In this document: piece by piece, positions 20,246 to 30,289 of the stretch
Layout of the letters: every line of letters begins with the position of its first letter
Numbering within the stretch: the stretch's first letter is position 1
Source: Cyanidioschyzon merolae
Lineage: Eukaryota
Strand: one strand, 5' to 3'
Assembly (NCBI GenBank): GCA_000091205.1
Contig: AP006497.2
DNA: 64,000 nt
Notes under the pieces: generated by a model
Told to the model about the DNA's origin: nothing
Database searches by the model: none
What the model saw: the letters and a program-made list of their open reading frames with translations, nothing else
Position numbers and translations under genes: made by a program

Positions 20246-21019
20246 GACTCGAGCGCGGACTCGCGGTAAACACGCGATGTGCTCAGGATACGTCCGAGAG
20301 CGCCCGAATGTTTTCGTCGGTGGACAATATCGGGGACCTTGGTGGATGGAAACGGGTGCATTGACAAATCGAGCTACACGTATCGCCGCGGCATCGATTC
20401 TGAATCGTTTGGGCTGCACTGCGGCCATCGGGTCGTTACGTTGTGCGAAATACCGGTGTGTATGGCGTCGATGACGGACTACCGCGTCGCTTAGGGCGTA
20501 TTCGAAGACGGTCTGTTCTGATGCGCCACTGGCATCCGGTCTTGCGGTGTCGTTCCAGCGGGAGCACTTCGAGCGCCATCTAGCGTTTCACGCGAGCTGC
20601 ACCGCATGCTTCCTCATCCTATCGTCCATGCAGCGTTTACGCATTCTTCCGAAACTGTTGCTGCTGCGCTGCTGAATGCCATTTTCGTGAGACGACGCTG
20701 TGGGTATCGCGCACCGCTCCACCCGTGTCGGATGAAAATGGAAGCCTGAACTGCTGGCGCCTTGCCTGCTTATCGGTTTTTTCCCGATTGCACATAGATC
20801 TACAACCTTGACGTTCGATATGCAGCAATCAGGGTATACGATTGCATTTGTAGTTTGAGGATTCTCGGTCGTTTTTTTTCGGAGACGCTCCTTCGACGCT
20901 TTGCCGCTGCCGTTGGTGACGTCGTCGCCATCACGATGATTCTCGACGCGTTCGAACGAGACTTTTTAAATTCAATGACGTCTTTGTCGAATTCATATGT
21001 GCAAGCCTCGACTTGTCTC

Positions 21020-21235
21020 GTTTTCTCGCGCATGCGATAATCAAATCAAACATGCTATCAGTTTTCGATTCTTCTGTTCCTGTGCAACTCATGGGTGCAG
21101 CAATTCGCGCCGATGAACTGACGACGAAGAAAAAGTCGACGCTGTCCCATGGTCACTTGTTCACAAGCTCTTGCCAACGGTTCACTGAAGTGTTCATGTC
21201 AAAAAATCGATTCCGTTTGAAAGAAAAATCCTCTT
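21020..21235 (-). repeat. dispersed repeat family 1, copy B (inverted)
   Basis: Reverse complement of 21206-21223 is CTTTCAAACGGAATCGAT. Flanks align with copies A and C (…catgaacacttcagtgaacc…, aattgctgcacccatgagttgc…, gcatgtttgatttga…). Confidence 0.6.
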
Positions 21236-21525
21236 CTCAATGTAACCATTGACGGAGCTGCGTTCAACATCCATAGGATATCTCTAACGGGATTCGCAGG
21301 TAAAGAATCCGGTCCTTCGGACTTGTATGTAAGCTGGTGCAGAACATGAGTCATCGCGGTGATCGCTTGCAGTCGAGTGTGCATCATCGCTTTTGAGCGA
21401 AGGGTGCGCCAACGGATCGAAAGTCCTCGACGTGTTCCCCAGCCGTGAATTGCAGTTCGGTACTAGATTCATCACGATTCACATCGTGCGCCATGCATGC
21501 TTTACCGAATGGCATAGCGTTCTGT

Positions 21526-22467
21526 TTACACATGCAACCTGAAGAGCATGCGCAGAGCGCGCTCGCCCAGGAGCAGCACGTCATTGCAGGAGACGGCTCT
21601 GGGCATGGAAACGGAGCAAGGCATGGTAGGGAGCCCTCTGGATCCGTCAAGGGCATGTAACGAGCGATGAAGCGAGCCTTGACGTGCTGCAGGACGGCGC
21701 TCGAAAGATGAAGAGGTGTGTTGGATACATAAGTGCACTTGACAGCATGCACATGTTACCGCTTTGAAGCGCGCACCGGGCTCTACACAAAAGGAAACGA
21801 AAACGACAAGCGAAGCGTAACGCAACTTTCGTCTGTGTATAAAATGCGCCGTTGACAGCAACCGGAATCGGGGAAAGCGGAGCTTGAACGCCTCCAGCAA
21901 CATGCTTCGACTGCTGACAACGGAGCTTGAGGAAAACCCGAAACCAATGTATTCAGACCTTGATCTATGAGAGCACGAAAAGGAAGCACTCACAGCACAG
22001 TCCCGCAACATCTGGTTTTGATGACAGCCGCAAGAGCCCTCGACTTGCGTGCATACGCCCGAGATCGCCGCGTGCACCTCTTCCAAGTTCACGCTGACAC
22101 AGGCGTCGTCTAGGTGCTCGAGGACGGCATTGCTCTGCCCGCAAGCCGCATGCCCATGCAGTGCATACAAGCTCTTCCAAATCGTCACCTGTACGTAAAA
22201 ACAATACCAGCATTTCTCTATGGAGATTACGGTCACTATCGTTTCCGAGGCAAGTGCGTTGTCTCCATCTGCAGGAACGCTGGGGGCGCTCCCTTCTGGC
22301 TGCTCGATCGCTCGCCTCGCCCGGTGCGGGAAACTTATACCGGCCGCTTTGGCAACCAGCGGCGCGAGCGCAGCCCAACGTCGCCGCTGGCGTTGCGCTT
22401 GCTGCTGGTCAGGCCTGGAACTACTTCCAGGCAGCGGCACGAACCTCCGGGCGCCTGCAGAAGACAC
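21526..22467 (-). CDS. long ORF of uncertain coding status (313 codons), divergent from FA2H
   Basis: No domain similarity and several overlapping ORFs on the + strand; length alone is somewhat beyond typical random ORFs for this GC content. Low confidence. Confidence 0.15.
   Translation of the reverse strand: MSSAGARRFVPLPGSSSRPDQQQAQRQRRRWAALAPLVAKAAGISFPHRARRAIEQPEGSAPSVPADGDNALASETIVTVISIEKCWYCFYVQVTIWKSLYALHGHAACGQSNAVLEHLDDACVSVNLEEVHAAISGVCTQVEGSCGCHQNQMLRDCAVSASFSCSHRSRSEYIGFGFSSSSVVSSRSMLLEAFKLRFPRFRLLSTAHFIHRRKLRYASLVVFVSFCVEPGARFKAVTCACCQVHLCIQHTSSSFERRPAARQGSLHRSLHALDGSRGLPTMPCSVSMPRAVSCNDVLLLGERALRMLFRLHV
21815..21930. repeat. dispersed repeat family 2, copy X (~115 bp)
   Basis: ~75% identity to 63740-63850: shared gcttcgactgctgacaac(g/a)g core plus upstream gtgt..a.atg/ttacg.cgttgacagc...gg(g)aaagc blocks. 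Confidence 0.5.
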
Positions 22468-22798
22468 GCATCACTATCGTTCGTCTTCGTAAGTCTTTTA
22501 TTGGATATAAAGGCATCAGATCAGGCGTGCGCAGGTGATTACTGTACATAACGGCCATATGTGATGCTGGTGCGCGCACGCGTTTTTCCAGCAGCGCTCC
22601 TTCGCCGCCGTTTGACGATACCGGCCGCTGACGGGCGCGACACGTGTCCACAAGCGCTCAGGGAGCGCGTGTCCATACGACCTGGCGGTGCCGATTTACA
22701 GGGCGCGCGTTCATGCTGCGGCAGGTGAGAGCGCTTTAGAACAATCCTCGTGTGCTGCGTCCGAGGTCCTGCGTTCGAGTCGTGGACAGCGTGCGTCA

Positions 22799-23797
22799 AT
22801 GACAGAGTGCTACACACTAACACGGCGCGTAGTCCGTGCACACAACCATGAAAACGACGCCTGGGTGATCGTTCGTGGTGGTGTCTATGACGTGACGGGG
22901 TTCTTGCGGTACCACCCGGGCGGGCGGGACGTCCTCTTGAAGCGTTTGGGCGAGGACGTCACCAGTGTTATGAACGGCGAGCTCAAAGGTGGTCACGAGC
23001 ACTCCAGTGCGGCGTATAAAATTCTGCAGCAGTACTACGTAGGCCCGCTGGCTGACGCGGACGCTTCTCCCGCAGAGGCAGCCGCCCTAGACGGCACGCT
23101 GGACGAGCACGGTAGACCGCTGGTCGACTTTAGTAAGCCGCTTCTGGACCAGGTTGGTAAGCTTGGGGATAAGTATCACCGCTGGGTGCATTCTTTTCCG
23201 ACCAGCGACCATCATGTGGCCCTTTTCGCGAACCCGACGCTCGAGTCACTGACAAAGTGTCCCTGGTACGTGCCGCTAGTGTTCTGGATTCCGATCTTTG
23301 TCTGCGGGCTGTGGTTTGTGTTTGCGCGCCTCGGTTGCTCGTTTGTTCGAGATTTCCTACCGTTCACGACGTTTGGCTATATATTTTGGATGTTCTTCGA
23401 ATATCTGTTACATCGATATGTATTTCACGTGCGGACCGGGACGTACTGGTCGAATATCTTTCATTTTCTTATTCATGGACATCACCACCTGGCGCCGATG
23501 GATTATGATCGACTCGTGTTTCCACCGATTCCCGCAGCGCTCGTCTCGATGCCGGTATGGCTGACTGCACCTCGAGTGTTTGGTCTCGTGCGCGGACTGT
23601 GCTTCCTTTTTGGATTCGGTGTTGGGTACCTTCAGTACGACATGACACACTTTCTGGTGCATTATGGAACGCTACGTACGGGGTTCTTAGCCGCTCAGAA
23701 ACGGCGGCACATGATACACCATTTCAAAGCACCAGGGGCGAATTTTGGTATCAGTGTTCCCGTGCTGGACATTGTGTTCGGGACATTGCACCGGTAA
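22799..23797 (+). CDS. FA2H: fatty acid 2-hydroxylase (FA2H/Scs7-like) with N-terminal cytochrome b5 domain
   Basis: Cytochrome b5 heme-binding region (HNHENDAWVIVRGGVYDVTGFLRYHPGG) followed by a multi-TM fatty-acid-hydroxylase domain with His boxes (HRYVFHV, HGHHHLAP, HMIHHF). Track start 22688 is GTG; the first ATG (MTECYTL) is at 22799, immediately before the b5 domain. Confidence 0.85.
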   Translation: MTECYTLTRRVVRAHNHENDAWVIVRGGVYDVTGFLRYHPGGRDVLLKRLGEDVTSVMNGELKGGHEHSSAAYKILQQYYVGPLADADASPAEAAALDGTLDEHGRPLVDFSKPLLDQVGKLGDKYHRWVHSFPTSDHHVALFANPTLESLTKCPWYVPLVFWIPIFVCGLWFVFARLGCSFVRDFLPFTTFGYIFWMFFEYLLHRYVFHVRTGTYWSNIFHFLIHGHHHLAPMDYDRLVFPPIPAALVSMPVWLTAPRVFGLVRGLCFLFGFGVGYLQYDMTHFLVHYGTLRTGFLAAQKRRHMIHHFKAPGANFGISVPVLDIVFGTLHR

Positions 23798-25984
23798 CAA
23801 CCACTGGTTTTCGCACACGCCTGCATGGACGAGCATGCCAACGAGAAGTGCGGTATTTCTGGACGGCGCGTCGAGCGCAGCGTGATGGATACCCACGGGC
23901 GGCTTGCGATGCTCGTATGGAGTCAAGCGTGCCTTGAAAGAGAGGTGTTTTTCTGGTTTGCTTGGTAACATCCATACGAAAACAAATTCATGATACAAAC
24001 GCACCTGAGTGTTAGATAGCTGATGAGCTGCTAGCAGACTGCTTTTGTATTCTTGCGAGCTGCGTTCCGCGCGGGCCCGTGCACCTGCACAGTAATTAGC
24101 CTCTCCTATGGGCGTGTGGTCCCCGCTCCACGTGCGACATACAGCCTGCGCGCTTTGGGCATTGCGGTTGCGGGTATCAGTTTGCTTGGTGGTGCCTGTC
24201 CGGAGACTTGCTTCTCGGGTATGGTGAGGTAACGCAGGTTTTCACCTGCTTCTGCCGCCGCTGTCGCACACCAAGGATGGACGCTACAATCACATCTTTG
24301 TAAAAGATTTGCTGTGCCCGATCACCGCGGACCTCGTTGACATGGTGCTTTGGAGTAATGACAGAGGAATCCACGCTGTTGTGGACGCCGGGTTCTGCAG
24401 CCCCTCCGAGCGCCTGCTGTTGGCCGGTCGCTGGAACGAACGCGCAGAAGCCGCTAGCCTTGGCGGGCCCATAGTTGGACAGCTTCTTGTCAGTCGATTC
24501 GTCGCTAAAGATGCCAGCATTCTCGAGTACGCGAGAACCTCGCATCGATATCCATGGGCGTTTATTACCGGCGACGATTCTGCTGAACAGGGCTGGTGGG
24601 ACTTGTTCCATGTCCCAGTATCGTACCACCAAACAGTTGAATTTCTCCTCGTACTGCTGTTCATGTGCAGATACAGCTCATTGACTCGGATGATCCAAGC
24701 AGATGTGCACCCGCGCGAGCACCTCGTGGAGTGGAAGAATAGGGGAAACCCCCAGCACATGTGCTCGCGACCCTATGTAAACCCGAGGGATGGGTGCAGC
24801 GATCGACGCTCTTCACCAGCGCCGAACGCTCCCTTGAACCTAGGATAAATACACAGCGGTGTTCAGAAGAGACTGGATCTGGGTTCTAGTGATTGATAGC
24901 GTCTCCGCACGCGTTCCATGCCAGCTCGTTTCCTCGGTGCGGTACGTGGAGAGAAGATCGCCACGATCGCTTGCAGTGGTGGTATCGGCGGCGCGCCTGC
25001 GGATAGACTCGGGTGAGGTCGCTGCGAAAAGCTCGAAAAGTCGCGCGTTGCTACCCGGCCCGTTGCCGCAATCCCGTACCGTGGTGTGAGACGTCGTCTA
25101 GACTCGTGTCAGAATCAAATGGAAGAGGTCCTTTTTTCGCGAAAACTAAGGTGTGCACGCTAAAATTTTGGTCTCTTTCCATTGTCATGAACAGAAGTCT
25201 TGTTGGCTTTTTCTGCAACTGCTTGCTGTTCCCCTCTCTGCTCCGTGGCTCTGAATACACCGCGATCTGCTCTGCCTTCAGCTCCGTTGTACGTTGTCGA
25301 AGGATATTGCTCGAAACGATCATGTCCCGATATCGCCATGTTCAGCTGTTGTCGACGCTTTACACACATAGAGAAATGTTACGATCCTCGCATTGCTTTC
25401 CATTTTCAATTTTGGTTGTATAGGGCACCGGTATGCGCTTCGCGGCGGTCGCATTTGGCCGTGGCCAGGTGCTCCCGGATGTTCAAGGATCCTCCTACTC
25501 CGCCTCCGAGCGCAGCCCCGTAACGCGTGAACTCTTGCATCAGCGCTCGGTACTTGTCACGGAGAGGAAAAGAAGGCCTCCGGCGATTTGCCCCTCAAGT
25601 GCGGCGCCCGGTGCCATAAACCACGTTCATGAGCGTATCCTAGTCGAACTCTTCGACGGGTACTCTGTCCGGTGCACTTGCAAGCGCACGTTATTCGCTT
25701 CGATGGAGCATTTGCGCATCGCGATCTTGTCGCTGGCGAAACAAACACCCGCAGGAAAATCCAGACATGAGCAGGACCCGAGCTGTTTCGATCGTTCAAT
25801 GCTCGCTTGATGCAAAGCGGTGTCGCACGCGCAGCTGGAAGCAGCTTCCGTGATGACTGGAGTCCGAGTTCATAATGCATTCCCATGAAAGCAGAACAGA
25901 TAAAAGCTTCTGGAGGCATGTCCCGTCAGCGATATTCTGCTGCTTCTAAGTTCGGTTTCGTAGAAAGCCAAAAAGACAGGAAGA

Positions 25985-26230
25985 AATATCTTTCAAACGG
26001 AATCGATGATTGAGCATGAAAAGTTTCACGAACATGCGGCATGAGCTTGAGAACAGGTAGTCAAGACCGATGTAGAGGTTTTTTGCTTTGCAAGCCCAGC
26101 GACCCCAATTGCTGCGCCCACAAACTGCCTCGAAACAGACAGGTCGAATACTTGGAAGATTCATGATTCGAGCATGCTCCACACAACGAAAGGAGAAGAG
26201 CGGATTCTCGCACATTTGAACTGGATCATG
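25985..26230 (+). repeat. dispersed repeat family 1, copy C
   Basis: CTTTCAAACGGAATCGAT at 25990-26007. Downstream gcatgaaaagtttcacgaaca, caattgctgcgcccacaaactgcctcgaaacagacaggtcga... align with copies A and B. Confidence 0.6.
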
Positions 26231-26491
26231 ATTTCTTTGATTTTACGAACCCTAGTTCTCGGATATCGCGACTCTTGTTGGTTCTGGTGACGTTCCGTTC
26301 TCCTGTACCAATGCATCGAAACAGGCACTCCGCGAACACGACAGAGAATACTAGGGAACTACGTATCAGTGCATAGGTCCTCATCATTACATGATGGAAG
26401 TCCAGGATGTCCTTCTATAAAGCTATGAAAACATTCTACTTGCAACAAAGAACACCCTGCTCCGTGTTCCATTTTAAACTGGCACAGTAGG

Positions 26492-26728
26492 AATACTAGC
26501 AAGCAATGGGATGCTTCTCGGCACCTTATAGCGCACCCGAGTACCTCACCTGCCATGATCCAGTCACCGCAATACTAGCAAGCAATAGGATGCTTCTCGG
26601 CACCTTATAGCGCACCCGAGTACCTCACCTGCCATGATCCAGTCACCGCAATACTAGCAAGCAATAGGATGCTTCTCGGCACCTTATAGCGCACCCGAGT
26701 ACCTCACCTGCCATGATCCAGTCACCGC
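26492..26728. repeat. minisatellite: 79-bp unit x3, ~150 bp upstream of MYSM1-like gene
   Basis: Unit aatactagcaagcaataggatgcttctcggcaccttatagcgcacccgagtacctcacctgccatgatccagtcaccgc at 26492, 26571 and 26650. Confidence 0.95.
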
Positions 26729-26768
26729 AACAGCGTCGTCGCTGCCCTGCGCGATGCTGCACCAAAGA

Positions 26769-26789
26769 GCGCGCGCGCGCGCGCGCGCG
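26769..26789. other. alternating (GC)10 tract (Z-DNA-prone) ~85 bp upstream of start codon
   Basis: gcgcgcgcgcgcgcgcgcgcg between the 79-bp array and ATG 26873. Confidence 0.9.
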
Positions 26790-26872
26790 GATCGCCTTAC
26801 TACTGCGCGCTCGCTTTTACCTAGACCCAAGGCGAAACTAGTGAGGTGTTCGCTGGGAGGCGAGATCGCCTT

Positions 26873-28789
26873 ATGGTGCAGGACCCGGTAGTCGGATCTG
26901 AGACTGAAAATGATGCGCTTCTAGCGCAGCTGCTTTCGGCGGAGGAAGAGACGGCAGATGCGTTATACTACGCGAACGGCAACGACTGGATAGATGCGTT
27001 CTCGTGGGCGAGTCCCGAAGGTCTGGAGGCAGAGCGCAGCCAGCGCAAGGGACGGCACAAACGGAACGGCAGGCGGCGGAGGTTCAGTAACATTGACGAA
27101 TACGATGAAGATGGTGAAGACGACGACGATGAGGACTGGATTGAAACGGTAAAGAACCGGAGACCGCGCTCGACAGCAGTAGGTCGGAGGCCGACGGCTA
27201 GCGCGCCAACTGCCGGCGCGCAGCCTGTCTCCAGTGAGCGAGAGCGAGGCGACAGCCGCGACAATAGTGTCGGCCGCGACAGGAACCCTTCAGAGGATAG
27301 CCCGGAACGGGGTCGGAAGCGCCCCACGGCCTGGAGTCCCGAGGAAGAGCAGCGTTTTCTCGAGGCCCTCGAGCTCTACGGACGCGACTGGCGACGAGCG
27401 GCGGCGCACGTCGGAACCCGGAGTGCGAGCAACTTCCGCTCACACGCGCAAAAGTATTTCATTAAGCTGTACAAGGAAGGGCGGCCTGTGCCGCCCAAAG
27501 TTGCTGAAACTGGTGCGGGTCACACGTTGAGTGGAAAACCTTTGGATCCAAATAGTGCAGCAGCGCGTGCATACTTACAGGGCAGTGTCTACCGCAAAGA
27601 GCTACGTAGCCGCCACAAGTCGAGCGGTGCCGCAGAGAGCCCGGCAGGGTCAGAGGAACCCGACTTGAGCACACCAAAAACGAAGCATGCGTCACCAGAG
27701 GCATCCGTCGCTGCACCAACCTCAGATATTCATGAAGATGAAATTTTCCAGCAGATGCAGCTCGACGCACAGCTGCAGGCTGAGGAAGCGAGCGCTCCCT
27801 ACGACGAGTACGCCAAAGAGAATGCCCATCAGGATCCAGAGTATACGGTAAGGGCACCCTCGATGCCGGGACCTGCGGCTGCTGCGGAGCCTCCGGAGTA
27901 CGCGAAGCGGAGACCGAAGCGATCGACCGCGGGGCGACGGAGCATTCGTTCACTCTACAACATCGCGTCCGCTGATGATGAGCTGCGGTTTGTGAGCTGC
28001 CTATCGTACGAGCCCGACGCCCAGCCATTTCGAATCGTTGTTCAGCCTCGCGCCTTGTTCATGATGGACCTGCATGCGCATCTCGATCTACGAGAAGTCA
28101 TCGGCTTTCTGGGCGGCCGCTACGACACCACACGCAAACAACTCGAGATCATTGACGCGTTCGCCTGTCGAGCTGCCCAAGGGCGGGCCGGTCACCTAGA
28201 CGTGGAGCTGGACCCGGAGTCAGCGGTAGAGGCGCGGAACACCATCGAGGTATCCGGTCTCGCCGTTGTTGCCTGGTATCACTCCCACCCGACATTTCCT
28301 CCTGAGCCATCCGTTCGTGACTTGGATAATCAACGAAATTACCAGAAACAATTTGAAAGCGAGGGAGCGCCTTATCCGTTCCTTGCCGCAATCATTAGCC
28401 CGTACGATCCGAACTTGCCGAGTGTGCGGTCTGCGATTCAGTGGTTCCACGTTGGCCTCAGTCCAGCCGAGGATAGCTTTGCTTTCCGTTTACAATGGGA
28501 ACCGGGGCCGGTTCCTCTGCTTGCTCCAGCGGTGTCGTCGCCTGCATCCCATGCGACGTCCGAGAAGCTGTCGGATGAGCTGCAGAAACGAGTTCAGCAG
28601 TTGCTGGACAACCGTTCAGTGAAGCTTGATACAAACTGGAGCCTTCGCAACGGCGAACGCGGTGAGAGATCGACGCTTCGTCGCGGGGAGAAGCTTTTAC
28701 GAAGTCTCCGATCACGGGTATCGGAAACGGACGCCGACGGCCTGGCTCTGTTGGAGGAGCTGAAACCCGCTCTCCTCGCTGCAACCTGA
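26873..28789 (+). CDS. MYSM1-like protein: SANT/Myb (SHAQKYF-type) domain + MPN+/JAMM metalloprotease (putative histone H2A deubiquitinase)
   Basis: Myb/SANT: WSPEEEQRFLEALELYGRDWRRAAAHVGTRSASNFRSHAQKYF. MPN+ domain with intact JAMM motif: EVIGFLGG...VAWYHSHPTFPPEPSVRD (HxHx7Sx2D). Acidic low-complexity N-terminus. Track start 26846 is GTG; the first in-frame ATG is 26873, and an in-frame TAG lies at 26822. Confidence 0.75.
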   Translation: MVQDPVVGSETENDALLAQLLSAEEETADALYYANGNDWIDAFSWASPEGLEAERSQRKGRHKRNGRRRRFSNIDEYDEDGEDDDDEDWIETVKNRRPRSTAVGRRPTASAPTAGAQPVSSERERGDSRDNSVGRDRNPSEDSPERGRKRPTAWSPEEEQRFLEALELYGRDWRRAAAHVGTRSASNFRSHAQKYFIKLYKEGRPVPPKVAETGAGHTLSGKPLDPNSAAARAYLQGSVYRKELRSRHKSSGAAESPAGSEEPDLSTPKTKHASPEASVAAPTSDIHEDEIFQQMQLDAQLQAEEASAPYDEYAKENAHQDPEYTVRAPSMPGPAAAAEPPEYAKRRPKRSTAGRRSIRSLYNIASADDELRFVSCLSYEPDAQPFRIVVQPRALFMMDLHAHLDLREVIGFLGGRYDTTRKQLEIIDAFACRAAQGRAGHLDVELDPESAVEARNTIEVSGLAVVAWYHSHPTFPPEPSVRDLDNQRNYQKQFESEGAPYPFLAAIISPYDPNLPSVRSAIQWFHVGLSPAEDSFAFRLQWEPGPVPLLAPAVSSPASHATSEKLSDELQKRVQQLLDNRSVKLDTNWSLRNGERGERSTLRRGEKLLRSLRSRVSETDADGLALLEELKPALLAAT

Positions 28790-30289
28790 ACGATATTTCC
28801 ATACCCTACCATGTCCCGTGGCAGAAGTGCGAGTGACGCGTGTGACTGCGATATCCACTGGAGCAGCCCCAGAGACAGGTGTGGGTTCTTTGTGGATGCA
28901 CCTCCACGGATACGTCGATGAACTCTAAAGTGATGCGCTGGCATTCAGGTGCAGTGCGTTCGTGAAAGCGTGGGTTTTCTTTTACGATAAAGCGGTTCCA
29001 TGCTTACAACCCGATACCTGGCTATACCTGCATGCGAATACGATGGGCAGCGATCGCTCTTGTCTTTCTCATGAGCATCAAGTTCGGTTCATGCGATATC
29101 ACTCACACCAGTGTCTATGCGGTATCGAGGCAGCCCATCTGGAACCGCATGAACGCCTGCCCAGCTGAACGCCCGTGATGAAGTATGCGGAAGGTCACGG
29201 GCTCCCCGAACACCTCCTGTGACGTTATGCGAGGTTGAAAGACGCCTTGGCTAGCCACGAGTACGAACCGACGACGTGCGCGCCGTTGAGAGTGCAACGC
29301 TTCGGCGACCGCTGACGCGCGCCCTGGGCACTCGGTCCGCAGCTTGTCTCGGCTACAGTGCCCAGCGAGCGGCACGGTTAGCAGCGTTCAAGTCTATCCA
29401 GACTAGTTGAAGCGTTACGGAGCAACGTTCGGAGGTGCTCGCTCGAGAAACTCCTCCGGAAGCCGTCGGTCGCTAGTGCAAGCGCTATGTCTGACAGAGG
29501 GCATGTGGTCCATGAATGAAGGATACGACGCACTCCCCTCGGCTTGCTTCGGTGCTCTGAGCGTCTAGATGGGCGCTGACGCCATCATTGCATTCGTTGG
29601 TTCGTCTGGGGGCGTCCATAACGAGCACTGGAAAAGTTGAGAACCTGTATCTGCTTTCCGTTGAGGTCTTTGGCTCCGATCTCTTGATTTACAGGTGTGG
29701 TGACAGCCATGATGTCCTTAAACCCAACGTCCATGCCAACGCTAACGTCATTCTCATCATCCATACGGAACAGACGAGCATGAGTTCTGTCGCTTGGCCC
29801 AGGTCTGGGTACCACACACTGCATGCAAATGAATATTTCGTCAGTCACTTCTGTCCGCGTAAAATGCATTCCATTTGCTCCTTGTAAACGAGAAAACTTG
29901 AATGAGCTCTGTCAACGCCCATGGCGAAGCTGCTCGGATGCTTCCTCCTCTCTAGCGGAGACCAGTGGTAGCTCACTGAGGACACCAGCCAGCGCACTGC
30001 ATAAGTTTCTACACTGATACCATGAGCCTTGCTCTGCAAGATGGTGGCCACGTATCGACGTTACGCTTCCAGATGGCGAAGGTATTCGGTTTCGGTGGAC
30101 GGAATCTGCTTTGCTCCCGATGACTCTTTTCGGGGACACCTTGTAGCATGAGGTGCTCCAAAGACAGGCATCACGTTCAAAAGATCGTTGGAGTATCACG
30201 TTCACTGGTCTAATACCCAGACCATCATACTACGCATGGCCAATCTGGAGCGATGCTTGCTCTCGTTGCGACATCTCTTCCGAACTCGT

